A stretch of DNA of 64,000 bases. Source: Tubiluchus corallicola. Lineage: Eukaryota > Animalia > Priapulida. The notes beneath the pieces were generated by a model. It had not been told where the DNA came from and searched no databases. It saw nothing but the letters and a program-made list of their open reading frames with translations. Where the stretch lies: the NCBI GenBank assembly GCA_030141605.1, contig JAQGDQ010002392.1, positions 1-64,000 on the forward strand. The letters are read 5' to 3'. This document shows, in pieces, positions 1 through 10,208 of the stretch; position 1 is the first letter of the stretch; every line of letters begins with the position of its first letter. Made by a program: the position numbers and the translations under genes.

Positions 1-189
1 TAAGCAATACGTAATCGCTCATATTACTTCGTTCAGTTACGTGTACTCTCTATTATAAAATATATCTTATCTTGATTATAATTTCGACAAATTATTTTAA
101 ATCCAATAAAATAAAATAATAAAAATTTTTCTATTGTCAAAAAAAAACTAAATTTGCATTCTTAATTTTTTTGTAAAAAATATCTACAT

Positions 190-597
190 ATGAATTTAAC
201 TCACATTGAACACATTGGCATAGCTGTAAAGAGTATTGATAACTCATTGCCTTATTATGAAAAAGTACTTGGGCTTAAATGTTACAATATAGAAGAGGTA
301 GCTGACCAAAAAGTGAAAACTGCATTTCTGAAAATAGGTGAAACAAAAATAGAGCTGCTTGAACCTACTTCGGAAGAAAGCACTATACATAAATTTATTG
401 AGAAAAAGGGGGAAGGTGTGCATCATATTGCATTCGCCTCTTCTTCATTAGATGAGGCTTTAAGAAAAGCTGATGAAAAAGGCATACAATTAATTGACAA
501 ACAGCCTCGAAAAGGAGCAGAAGGACTGAATATTGCTTTCTTACATCCTAAATCTACGCAAGGAGTGTTAACTGAACTTTGCGAAGATCCCAAGTAA
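190..597 (+). CDS. mce: Methylmalonyl-CoA epimerase
   Basis: VOC-fold motifs HIGIAV, KIELLEP, EGVHHIAF and AFLHPKSTQGVLTELCE; first gene of the decarboxylase operon. Confidence 0.93.
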   Translation: MNLTHIEHIGIAVKSIDNSLPYYEKVLGLKCYNIEEVADQKVKTAFLKIGETKIELLEPTSEESTIHKFIEKKGEGVHHIAFASSSLDEALRKADEKGIQLIDKQPRKGAEGLNIAFLHPKSTQGVLTELCEDPK

Positions 598-639
598 ATA
601 AAAAATAGATTATATAGTATAAATATTAAACTTTCTTTT

Positions 640-2199
640 ATGGCAAACAAAGACAAAATTAAGAACCTCATAAAGCTAAGAGAGGAAACAAAGATGGGTG
701 GCGGGCAGAAAAGAATAGATGCTCAACATAGTAAGGGTAAATATACAGCACGTGAAAGAATTGAAATGCTCTTAGATGATGGAAGTTTTGAAGAGTTTGA
801 CATGTTTATTACTCACAGATGCTTTAACTTTGGAATGGAGAAAAGCAAGTTCAAGGGAGATGGGGTAGTTACTGGACACGGAACAATAGATGGTAGGGTA
901 GTTTTTGTATTTGCTCAAGACTTTACCATATTTGGTGGTTCACTATCCGAAACTGTATCTCAAAAAATATGTAAAGTAATGGATATGGCGATGGAGATAG
1001 GAGCTCCTGTAATAGGTCTCAATGATAGTGGAGGTGCAAGAATACAAGAAGGGGTCAATTCATTAGCTGGCTATGCCGAGATATTTCAAAGAAATATAGC
1101 AGCTTCTGGAGTAATACCTCAAATATCTGCTATATTTGGTCCTTGTGCAGGTGGTGCAGTATATTCGCCTGCTCTCACTGACTTTGTAATGATGACTGAC
1201 CAAACAAGCTATATGTTCCTTACAGGCCCTAAGGTGGTGAAAACTGTAACAGGTGAAGACATTACTACTGAAAACCTTGGAGGAGCTAATGTTCACGCTA
1301 CAAAATCGGGTGTATCACATTTCTTGTTAGAAAACGAGAAAGAAGGTTTGGCTCTTATACGAAAACTTATTTCATTTTTACCTTCTAACAATTTGGAAGA
1401 GCCTCCTATGTTAAAATGTAAAGACCCAATAGATAGATTGGAAGAGTCTTTGAATGAAATAATTCCTGACAATCCCAGTACTCCATACAACATTAAAGAT
1501 GTGATATATGCTGTGGTGGATGATAAAGAGTTTTTAGAAGTTCATAGAAACTACGCTAAAAATATAGTTATTGGGTTATCAAGATTCAACGGTATGCCTG
1601 TGGGTATTGTTGCTAATCAGCCCAGTTTCTTAGCAGGAGTATTAGATATAGAAGCCTCAAGGAAAGCAGCACGCTTTGTGCGTTTTTGCGATGCTTTCAA
1701 TATACCTATTGTTACATTTGTAGATGTTCCTGGTTTCTTGCCGGGTTCTGGACAAGAGTATGGAGGAGTTATCACCCACGGTGCAAAATTATTGTTTGCT
1801 TACGGAGAGGCTACTGTTCCAAAAATAACTATCACACTGAGAAAATCCTACGGTGGAGCACATATTGTAATGAGCTGTAAGCAGTTGAAAGGCGACCTTA
1901 ATTATAGCTGGCCTACTGCTGAAATAGCCGTAATGGGAGCAGAAGGAGCTATTGAGGTGTTAGAAAGTAAAACCTTAGCTTCATTAACAACAAATGAGGA
2001 AAAAACTAAATTTATAGGAGAGAAGAAAGAGGAATATAACGAGAAGTTTGCTAATCCTTATAATGCAGCTTCATATGGCTATATAGATGATGTGATAGAA
2101 CCTAGAAACACTCGTTTTAGAATAATAAGGGGCTTGGAAGTACTTGCTACTAAAAAACAATCTATGCCTCCTAAAAAACATTCTAATATTCCATTGTAA
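640..2199 (+). CDS. mmdA: Methylmalonyl-CoA decarboxylase alpha / acyl-CoA carboxyltransferase subunit
   Basis: [32 protein letters not shown] and C-terminal KKHSNIPL; operon context. Confidence 0.9.
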   Translation: MANKDKIKNLIKLREETKMGGGQKRIDAQHSKGKYTARERIEMLLDDGSFEEFDMFITHRCFNFGMEKSKFKGDGVVTGHGTIDGRVVFVFAQDFTIFGGSLSETVSQKICKVMDMAMEIGAPVIGLNDSGGARIQEGVNSLAGYAEIFQRNIAASGVIPQISAIFGPCAGGAVYSPALTDFVMMTDQTSYMFLTGPKVVKTVTGEDITTENLGGANVHATKSGVSHFLLENEKEGLALIRKLISFLPSNNLEEPPMLKCKDPIDRLEESLNEIIPDNPSTPYNIKDVIYAVVDDKEFLEVHRNYAKNIVIGLSRFNGMPVGIVANQPSFLAGVLDIEASRKAARFVRFCDAFNIPIVTFVDVPGFLPGSGQEYGGVITHGAKLLFAYGEATVPKITITLRKSYGGAHIVMSCKQLKGDLNYSWPTAEIAVMGAEGAIEVLESKTLASLTTNEEKTKFIGEKKEEYNEKFANPYNAASYGYIDDVIEPRNTRFRIIRGLEVLATKKQSMPPKKHSNIPL

Positions 2200-2249
2200 G
2201 AAAGAATAAAATAAGATAGTATATTTAACTTATAAAAATATTTTAAGCA

Positions 2250-2579
2250 ATGTATGAAGATGGATGGACAATTACAATAGTAGGGTGGCTAATTGTTATC
2301 ACCGCATTAGCCTTATTGGTAATAATATTTATAACCATACCTAAAATTATTAACTATTTTACCAATAGAAAACTAAGAAAAAAGGGAGTTACCAATACCA
2401 GTATAACTGCATATGAAGCAACAGCTATCGCTACTGCTATATTTTTGTACAATGAAGATGCTCACGAAGACGAAAGTAATATTATAACTGTGAAAAAAAT
2501 AATCAAACGATATTCTCCGTGGAATTCGAAAATATATAATGTATTACCCAATTTGGACAAAAAATTTAATAAAAGATAA
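2250..2579 (+). CDS. OadG-family decarboxylase delta/gamma subunit
   Basis: N-terminal TM helix, AIATAI motif, YSPWNSKIY tail typical of Bacteroidota OadG proteins. Confidence 0.8.
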   Translation: MYEDGWTITIVGWLIVITALALLVIIFITIPKIINYFTNRKLRKKGVTNTSITAYEATAIATAIFLYNEDAHEDESNIITVKKIIKRYSPWNSKIYNVLPNLDKKFNKR

Positions 2580-2615
2580 AACTATTATAAGGTTTTTCTA
2601 AAAATATAGATATTT

Positions 2616-3050
2616 ATGAAAAAATTTAATTTTAAGATCCTTGGACAAAAGTATAACATAGTAGTTAAAAACTACGAGAGCGATATTGCTGAAATTTCTG
2701 TCAATGGAACAGACTATGAGGTGGAAGTAGAAACTAAGAAGAAAGAAGCATCTAAGACTCCTAAGTTGGTTAGAAAATCTGTAACCAATAAACCAGAAGA
2801 TGCACAAATTAAAAAAGTAGAAAATACCGAAAATAATACTCGTCAAGTTATTGCTCCATTGCCGGGGAGTATTCTAAACATATTAGTAAAAGAAGGAGAC
2901 GATGTAAAACAAGGAGATACTCTGCTTATAATGGAAGCAATGAAAATGGAAAATAATATTCCTGCAGAAAAAGGAGGCAAAATAAAATCCATTAAGGTAA
3001 ATATAGGTGACAATGTCTTACAGGGGGCTGTTCTTATAGAAGTAGAATAA
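2616..3050 (+). CDS. mmdC: Biotin carboxyl carrier subunit
   Basis: Biotinylation motif EAMKMEN, APLPG. Confidence 0.9.
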   Translation: MKKFNFKILGQKYNIVVKNYESDIAEISVNGTDYEVEVETKKKEASKTPKLVRKSVTNKPEDAQIKKVENTENNTRQVIAPLPGSILNILVKEGDDVKQGDTLLIMEAMKMENNIPAEKGGKIKSIKVNIGDNVLQGAVLIEVE

Positions 3051-3070
3051 ACTAAATATGAAACGATAGT

Positions 3071-4576
3071 ATGTTTAAATTCAATTATATATTCTCATTT
3101 TTTGTAGGTGCAATATTGCTTTTTTTTAACAGCACAGCTTCGGCAAAAACAGAATTAGAAAAACGCTTACCTCAAGGTAAGTGGATATTGTCAGAAGAAT
3201 ATCCTACAAGCGAAGATTCTGATAATAAAGTAAATCATTACAAAACACTAACATTCTCCAAAAATCATAGTGTAAGATTAGACTCTTTAAAGAAAGCCTA
3301 TATAGGTAGTTGGGGTGTTGAAGGTAAAAAAATATTACTCCATTTTGGAGATTCCATTTCTAAAACTCTACACCTACTCGAAGACAACTATCTTGTAGAG
3401 GGTTCTCAGAAGTATAAAAATTATTCTAATTCTACTAGTGGATTGATGAACTTTTTTGAGTTCTCAGGTTTTGCAAATGTTACCTTTGGTAATCTTGTTA
3501 TGCTAATTGTGGGTTTAATATTCATATTTCTTGCTATAAAATATGACTATGAACCATTGTTGCTTATACCCATAGGCACAGGTATTATTATTGGTAATAT
3601 TCCTTTCTTTCAAGCAATAGGCTTTAATCTACAACTTGGTATATATCAAGAGGGTAGTGTTCTTAATTACTTATATCAGGGAGTAACAAAAGGTGTTTAT
3701 CCACCTCTTATTTTTCTTGGTATTGGTGCTATGACAGATTTCTCTTCCCTTATATCTAACCCTAAGTTAATGTTATTGGGTGCCGCTGCTCAAATAGGTA
3801 TATTCATTACATTTATTGGTGCCTTGTATCTTGGTTTTACTTATCAAGAAGCTGGAGCAATAGGCATTATTGGTGGTGCTGATGGCCCTACAGCTATTTT
3901 CATTTCTTCCATACTTGCTAAAAACTTAATAGGCCCTATTGCTATTGCAGCATATTCTTATATGGCTTTAGTACCTGTGATACAGCCTCCTGTTATGCGT
4001 CTTTTGATTACAAAAAAAGAACGAGTGATAAAGATGCGTCCACCTCGCTCAGTATCTAAGAAAGAAAAAATATTATTTCCTTTAATAGGACTATTAGTTA
4101 CTACTTACATTGCTCCTTCAGCCTTGCCTTTGTTGGGTATGTTGTTCTTTGGCAACTTGCTTAAAGAATCTACTGTAACCAATAGATTGGCCGAAACAGC
4201 TAGAAACTCTATGATAGACATAGTAACTATACTATTGGGCTTAACTGTGGGTGCTTCTACACAAGCAGATGTGTTTTTAACACCTCAATCCATATTTATA
4301 TTCCTACTTGGTGCTGCATCGTTTATAGTCGCTACAGCAGGAGGGCTACTGGGAGCTAAATTGATGAATGTTTTCTCTTCAAAGGATAACAAAATAAACC
4401 CGCTTATAGGTGCGGCTGGTGTATCTGCAGTTCCTGATAGCGCAAGAGTAGTGCAACAGCAAGGACTGAAATACGACCCTACCAATCACCTATTGATGCA
4501 CGCTATGGCTCCTAATGTAGCAGGTGTAATAGGCTCAGCAGTAGCAGCAGGTATTTTATTGAGTTTCTTAATGTAG
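3071..4576 (+). CDS. mmdB: Na+-translocating decarboxylase beta subunit with an N-terminal extra domain
   Basis: YEPLLLIPIG, GIIGGADGPT, GAAGVSAVP and HAMAPNVAGVIGSA motifs. Confidence 0.9.
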   Translation: MFKFNYIFSFFVGAILLFFNSTASAKTELEKRLPQGKWILSEEYPTSEDSDNKVNHYKTLTFSKNHSVRLDSLKKAYIGSWGVEGKKILLHFGDSISKTLHLLEDNYLVEGSQKYKNYSNSTSGLMNFFEFSGFANVTFGNLVMLIVGLIFIFLAIKYDYEPLLLIPIGTGIIIGNIPFFQAIGFNLQLGIYQEGSVLNYLYQGVTKGVYPPLIFLGIGAMTDFSSLISNPKLMLLGAAAQIGIFITFIGALYLGFTYQEAGAIGIIGGADGPTAIFISSILAKNLIGPIAIAAYSYMALVPVIQPPVMRLLITKKERVIKMRPPRSVSKKEKILFPLIGLLVTTYIAPSALPLLGMLFFGNLLKESTVTNRLAETARNSMIDIVTILLGLTVGASTQADVFLTPQSIFIFLLGAASFIVATAGGLLGAKLMNVFSSKDNKINPLIGAAGVSAVPDSARVVQQQGLKYDPTNHLLMHAMAPNVAGVIGSAVAAGILLSFLM

Positions 4577-4598
4577 GATATTTATTTTAGAACTATAC

Positions 4599-4623
4599 AG
4601 GGGGTAAAAAGCCCCCTTTTTTT
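4599..4623 (+). terminator. Intrinsic terminator of the mmd operon
   Basis: AGGGGG-taaaaag-CCCCCT followed by a T-run, just after the mmdB stop. Confidence 0.75.
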
Positions 4624-4697
4624 ATGCAAAAAAACAAAAAAATAGTTTGGTACGCCAGTTAAGGCAAAAAAGGAGTTAAACCCCTTGAAAACAAAAC

Positions 4698-4749
4698 TAA
4701 GCAAAAGTCTTTAAGGACGCTTGTAAGCAAAAATCTTTAAGGACGGTTG
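4698..4749. repeat. 26-bp tandem duplication (2 copies)
   Basis: taagcaaaagtctttaaggacgcttg / taagcaaaaatctttaaggacggttg. Confidence 0.7.
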
Positions 4750-4818
4750 TTTTCTGCGGTTCATCTAATAACTAAAAACTTTCAGATGTTAGTTGATTTA
4801 AGTTTTTCAGTTTTTAAT

Positions 4819-5637
4819 TTAATATTGCTCGTTCTCATTAGGAAAACTATTTTCCTTTACATCTGTAATGTAGTTTTTTACCGCCTCTTTTATTTCGTTA
4901 TACAAGTTGTGGTATCTTCTTAAAAAACGGGGCGAAAACTTGTTGTTAATACCCAACATATCTTGCAGTACTAGCACTTGTCCATCTACTTCCTGCCCTG
5001 CTCCTATTCCAATAATGGGTATTTTCACCTCTTTTGCTACTTCTCTTGCTAAATTAGCAGGAATTTTCTCTAAAACGATACCAAAACACCCTGATTTTTC
5101 AAGCAACTTAGCATCCTCCATCAATTTATCGGCTTCTTCCTTTTCTTCAGCTCTTACAACATATGTTCCATATTTGTGAATAGATTGTGGCATTAAACCT
5201 AAATGCCCCATCACGGGAATACCTGCTGAGATAATCCTATCTACTGATTCTATCACTTCTGCTCCTCCTTCCAACTTTACTGCTTCTGCCGCAGATTCTT
5301 TCATTATACGTACAGCAGATGCGAGAGCCTCCACTGAATTACCTTGATATGTGCCAAAGGGCATATCACAAATAACCAATGCTCTTTTCACTGCTCTTGC
5401 TACAGAACTAGCATGATATATCATTTGGTCTAAGGTAATAGGCAATGTAGTATCGTAACCTGCCATTACGTTAGAGGCAGAATCTCCCACTAAAACACAA
5501 TCAATTTGGGCATCATCTAAAATTTTAGCAATGGAAAAGTCATAACCCGTAAGCATTGAAATTTTTTCACCTTCGCGTTTCATTTCTTGCAATACGTGTG
5601 TAGTTACTTTTCTTCGTTCCTGTTTCGCTGCTGACAT
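4819..5637 (-). CDS. panB: 3-methyl-2-oxobutanoate hydroxymethyltransferase
   Basis: [35 protein letters not shown] and DGQVLV motifs. Confidence 0.95.
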   Translation of the reverse strand: MSAAKQERRKVTTHVLQEMKREGEKISMLTGYDFSIAKILDDAQIDCVLVGDSASNVMAGYDTTLPITLDQMIYHASSVARAVKRALVICDMPFGTYQGNSVEALASAVRIMKESAAEAVKLEGGAEVIESVDRIISAGIPVMGHLGLMPQSIHKYGTYVVRAEEKEEADKLMEDAKLLEKSGCFGIVLEKIPANLAREVAKEVKIPIIGIGAGQEVDGQVLVLQDMLGINNKFSPRFLRRYHNLYNEIKEAVKNYITDVKENSFPNENEQY

Positions 5638-5667
5638 TAGTTATAATGTTTTATTATTTTTAAACTC

Positions 5668-6309
5668 TTAATTCTTAGTTAAACTATTTTGCAATACTTC
5701 TTTTGCCTCATTACCCATATTAAATAAAAGGTCAATAATACTCAAATTAGGTGTAAAATTAAACTTTTCTTCAAATACTTGATAATAACTTTGAGGAGAA
5801 AAATTATTGTCCTTTACTTGTTTGATTCTTTTAGGGTGAATGCTATACCTAAAATCATTTATCTCTTCGTATTCTTTTTTATAGTGTGTAGTAACTTCTA
5901 TTTTCTTATTTATGTTTAGCAATTGACATAGGGTTGCTTGTATTTCAAAATTAAAGTCAAACAAATATTTGTATTTCTTCTTATAAAATGGCAACAATTC
6001 ATCTATGTAAAACTCATAATAAGCAGATGAGCCATAAGCTGATTGTATTGACTGATAATGTAATTTTTGCCACTGGATACTATAATCTATTCTTACATCT
6101 TTGATAAGTACTTTTTGGTTATAGTTGTGTTGTATAGGTATAGAAAGAGGTAATATTCCATTTGCTCCCAATATATTACAACGATTACGATAGCTTTGTT
6201 TTATATAATTTTCATATTTTTCAATAAGAATAGTGGTATAGTCTATCAGTTTTGTAAAATACTGAATAGGTGGTAGATAAGCCGTAGTAAGAACAACTTT
6301 ATCATTCAT
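5668..6309 (-). CDS. WbqC-family protein
   Basis: YLPPIQYF, KQSYRNR, Y.QVF....F.PNLSIIDLLFN; conserved Bacteroidota dapB-lepB-wbqC order. Confidence 0.85.
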   Translation of the reverse strand: MNDKVVLTTAYLPPIQYFTKLIDYTTILIEKYENYIKQSYRNRCNILGANGILPLSIPIQHNYNQKVLIKDVRIDYSIQWQKLHYQSIQSAYGSSAYYEFYIDELLPFYKKKYKYLFDFNFEIQATLCQLLNINKKIEVTTHYKKEYEEINDFRYSIHPKRIKQVKDNNFSPQSYYQVFEEKFNFTPNLSIIDLLFNMGNEAKEVLQNSLTKN

Positions 6310-7701
6310 CTATTTAATAGTTGAAAACATACGCGACCACCTGATACTATTAACGAAATTTTTATCTTTATTCAATGAAAGCCAAATAAACATAGGCTTA
6401 CCTACTATGTGGGTTTGTGGCACAAAACCCCAATAGCGAGCATCTGAAGAATGATGCCTATTGTCGCCCATCATCCAATAATAGTTGAATTTAAAAGTAT
6501 ACTCATTTGCCAATTCTCCGTTGATATATATAGTTCCATCTTTTACTTCTAAATTGTTGTTTTCGTATATATCAATAATTCTTTTATATATGGGTAAATT
6601 TTTCATATTTAGAGAAACAGTAGCTCCTGCTTGCGGTATATAAAGAGGACCAAAATTATCTTCATTCCAAGGGTAATCTTCTGAATGGGGAAATATTCTT
6701 ACATCAAATCGTTTCTCAGGTGATACTAACCTTGTAACAGACAACACAATAGTTAGTTCTTTTATTTTTTGAGCTTTGGCTTCTGATAAAGGCAGGATAC
6801 CATATGCCAAATAAAATCTAATATCATCACTACTCACACCTAACCGCTGAAGCAATTTACTATTTATTGTTTGTCCATTAGTTCTTATGTAGTAATTATA
6901 TTGTAGCTCATCATTTACAATATCTGTTTTTATTCCATTGGTATATACTACTCCATCTTTTATTTCCAAAGTATCTCCCGCTATGGCTACACATCTTTTT
7001 ATGTAGTTATCCGTTTTATCTACAGGACGATACACCACATCATAGGTACTATAAATTACTTCTCTGGCTTGTTTTTCATACATTTTATTATCTAAAATAT
7101 GCTTTTCCTCTGCTTTATCCTGTTGTTTCAATTTGTCTGCCACTTCTCTTAGTATGTCATAATAGCTTCGGGCTTGTTGCTGTATCACCACAGTGTCTCC
7201 TTCTGGAAAGTTAAATACTACTACATCATTTCTTTTTATTTGGGATGTTCCTTTTAATCTATGATGCTTCCACTGTATCCACGTCAAAAACGAGGGCTTT
7301 TTTTCCGAAAAGGGCATTGTATGTTGAACAAATGGAAAAGATAAAGGAGTATAAGGCACACGTGGCCCGTAACTTACTTTGCTTACAAATAGATGGTCGC
7401 CTACTAACAACGATTTTTCCATAGAGCCAGTAGGTATTTTGTAATTTTGAAACAGAAAAGTATTGATAAGTGTTACTGCAACTACTGCAAAAATAATAGC
7501 ATCTAACCATTCTATTAAAAAATGATTTTTCTTTTTCTTGTCTTTGTGCTTCCAAAACGTCCAGTTAACTTTCTTACTAATATATAAATCATATATAACA
7601 ACTAATCCGGGTAACAACCAGTAATTTTGCAACCAAATAACCCACAATAAATAAACGATGCTTACAATAATATATTTAATGTGTTCTCTTGTTAGTTTCA
7701 T
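6310..7701 (-). CDS. lepB: Signal peptidase I
   Basis: IPTGSME (catalytic Ser), YIKRC (Lys) and MMGDNRHHSSDARYWG. Confidence 0.93.
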   Translation of the reverse strand: MKLTREHIKYIIVSIVYLLWVIWLQNYWLLPGLVVIYDLYISKKVNWTFWKHKDKKKKNHFLIEWLDAIIFAVVAVTLINTFLFQNYKIPTGSMEKSLLVGDHLFVSKVSYGPRVPYTPLSFPFVQHTMPFSEKKPSFLTWIQWKHHRLKGTSQIKRNDVVVFNFPEGDTVVIQQQARSYYDILREVADKLKQQDKAEEKHILDNKMYEKQAREVIYSTYDVVYRPVDKTDNYIKRCVAIAGDTLEIKDGVVYTNGIKTDIVNDELQYNYYIRTNGQTINSKLLQRLGVSSDDIRFYLAYGILPLSEAKAQKIKELTIVLSVTRLVSPEKRFDVRIFPHSEDYPWNEDNFGPLYIPQAGATVSLNMKNLPIYKRIIDIYENNNLEVKDGTIYINGELANEYTFKFNYYWMMGDNRHHSSDARYWGFVPQTHIVGKPMFIWLSLNKDKNFVNSIRWSRMFSTIK

Positions 7702-7813
7702 TTGTTTTTCTTTTTGGTAGTTCTTGTAATAATGCCTATTTTTCTAATAGCACCTTATCTCTACAATATCACTTATTAATAAACTGACTGATGGTATTTT
7801 CAAGTTTTAAATG

Positions 7814-8539
7814 TTAACTCTTGGTTAAACATAATAAATCTTCCATACCATAAAAACCTGTTTTTTCTTTCATAAACTCAGCAGCTAACACCGACCCAAA
7901 AGCGAAGCCTTTTCGTCCTTTGGCATTATGTTTTATCTCTATGGTATCTATATCTGAATTATATTTTATTATGTGTCTGCCCGGCACTTCCCCCTCTCTT
8001 ATTGCTTCTATGGGAATAGTGTCTTTTTCATCTGTGCTATTTAGTTCCCATTTCGTTTTTCTATCAATATTTTTTATCAGTCCTTCGGCAAGTGTAATAG
8101 CTGTACCACTGGGTGCATCTAATTTGTGTATATGGTGTGTCTCCTGCATACTGACGTCATAATTATTGTGGTCATTCATTATCTTAGCCAATTGCTTATT
8201 GATTTGAAAGAAAATGTTGACTCCCACAGAGAAATTAGAAGCATAGAAAAATCCCTTTTTATCCGTTTTGCAAATACTTTTTACTTCTTCTAACTTTTTC
8301 AACCATCCTGTAGTGCCTGATACCACAGGTACGCCAGCTTCAAAACATTTCAAAAAGTTTTCATAAGCTGTCTCTGGTGTGGTAAATTCTATGGCTACAT
8401 CTGCTTTCTTTAAATTAGCTGAGTTAAGCTCGTTTGCATTATCCGCATCTATTGTTAAAACTATCTTATGTCCTCGTTCCAAGGCTATTTTCTCTATCTC
8501 CTTTCCCATCTTCCCATATCCTATTAGGGCTATTTTCAT
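7814..8539 (-). CDS. dapB: 4-hydroxy-tetrahydrodipicolinate reductase
   Basis: GYGKMG, GTTGW, NFSVGVN, ETHHIHKLDAPSGTA. Confidence 0.95.
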   Translation of the reverse strand: MKIALIGYGKMGKEIEKIALERGHKIVLTIDADNANELNSANLKKADVAIEFTTPETAYENFLKCFEAGVPVVSGTTGWLKKLEEVKSICKTDKKGFFYASNFSVGVNIFFQINKQLAKIMNDHNNYDVSMQETHHIHKLDAPSGTAITLAEGLIKNIDRKTKWELNSTDEKDTIPIEAIREGEVPGRHIIKYNSDIDTIEIKHNAKGRKGFAFGSVLAAEFMKEKTGFYGMEDLLCLTKS

Positions 8540-8595
8540 TATTGTACTAAGTTGTAATGTTGCAATATCTAAAATATATTTGTTCTTTTACCTTA

Positions 8596-9930
8596 TCACT
8601 TTTGTTGCATATTTTTCATCATATTCATCATACCTTTGGCTTTTCCTGTTGTCATCATTCGCATCATTTTTCGTGTTTGTTCGAACTGTTTAAGAAACTG
8701 ATTGACCTCTTGGATAGAATTTCCACTTCCTGCTGCTATCCTTTTCCTTCTACTACCATTCAATACTTGTGGGTTTTCTTTCTCGTAGGGTGTCATAGAA
8801 GATATAATAACTTCCATATTTCTAAAAACATCATCGTCTACATCTACATTCTTCATAGCCTTGCCAACACCGGGTATCATACCTACAAGATCTTTCATAT
8901 TACCCATTTTTTTGATTTGGCTTATCTGGCGTAAAAAGTCATTGAAAGTAAATTTATTTTTCGCTATTTTCTTATGCAGTTTACGGGCTTCTTTTTCATC
9001 GTACTGCTCTTGTGCCTTCTCCACCAGCGATACGATATCTCCCATTCCCAATATCCTATCTGCCATACGGTCAGGATAAAACACATCTATAGCGTTCATT
9101 TTCTCGCCCGTTCCTACAAATTTTATAGGTTTATTTACCACTTTACGAATAGAAAGAGCTGCTCCACCGCGCGTATCACCATCTAATTTGGTTAATATCA
9201 CCCCGTCAAAATTCAGAGTATCGTTAAACTCCTTAGCCGTATTTACAGCATCCTGCCCTGTCATAGCATCCACCACAAAGAGTGTTTCGCTTGGTTTTAT
9301 TGCTTTCTTGATGTTAGAAATCTCTTTCATCATTTCCTCGTCCACTGCTAACCGCCCTGCTGTATCAATAATCACCGTATTTAGCCCATCGTTCTTTGCT
9401 TTTTTAATAGCATTCTGGGCTATTTTTACTGGATTTTTGCTTCCCTCCTCTGTATATACAGGAACATCTATTTGCTCACCTACTATTTTTAACTGCTCTA
9501 TTGCCGCAGGACGATACACATCGCAAGCCACAAGCAAGGGCTGTCTACCTTGTTTGGTTTTAAGTAGAGATGCTAACTTTCCTGAGAAAGTAGTTTTTCC
9601 CGAGCCTTGTAAGCCCGACATCAAAACAACAGCAGGTTTACCCTGTATGTTAATATCCGTTTTTGTGCTGCCCATCAATTCAGCCAATTCATCGCGCACT
9701 ATTTTTACCATCATTTCATTGGGTCGTACAGCATTTAGCACATCTTGTCCTAGTGCTTTTTGCTTTACGTCCTCCGTAAAAGTTTTGGCTATTTTATAAT
9801 TGACATCAGCATTAAGAAGGGCTTTTCTTACATCTTTTAAGGTTTCCGCTACATTAATTTCTGTAATCTTACCCTGCCCTTTCAACAGTTTAAACGAGCG
9901 TTCTAACCTTTCTGATAAACTTTCAAACAT
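8596..9930 (-). CDS. ffh: Signal recognition particle protein
   Basis: GLQGSGKTT, DTAGRL, TKLDGDTRGGAALS and Met-rich M domain. Confidence 0.97.
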   Translation of the reverse strand: MFESLSERLERSFKLLKGQGKITEINVAETLKDVRKALLNADVNYKIAKTFTEDVKQKALGQDVLNAVRPNEMMVKIVRDELAELMGSTKTDINIQGKPAVVLMSGLQGSGKTTFSGKLASLLKTKQGRQPLLVACDVYRPAAIEQLKIVGEQIDVPVYTEEGSKNPVKIAQNAIKKAKNDGLNTVIIDTAGRLAVDEEMMKEISNIKKAIKPSETLFVVDAMTGQDAVNTAKEFNDTLNFDGVILTKLDGDTRGGAALSIRKVVNKPIKFVGTGEKMNAIDVFYPDRMADRILGMGDIVSLVEKAQEQYDEKEARKLHKKIAKNKFTFNDFLRQISQIKKMGNMKDLVGMIPGVGKAMKNVDVDDDVFRNMEVIISSMTPYEKENPQVLNGSRRKRIAAGSGNSIQEVNQFLKQFEQTRKMMRMMTTGKAKGMMNMMKNMQQK

Positions 9931-10208
9931 TGTTATTTCTTTTCATTTTTTAGCAAATACAAAAGTAGTGAGTTTTTATTGTTAAAAAAAATAAGGCAAT
10001 AATATATCTGACAATTATATGCAATATTACGTTAAATTAATGGTATAGACAGGCAATTGTTTTTTTCTTAGCATTGCCTATTACAATCTTCTTCTTTCTT
10101 CTACAAAACACACTAAGAAAAACACAAAAAACTACGGTTTATTAAGAGTTTGTAAGACAAGTCAAGTTGTATATTGTTACAAGCACAAATCAACTTTTAC
10201 CGTTTTAT

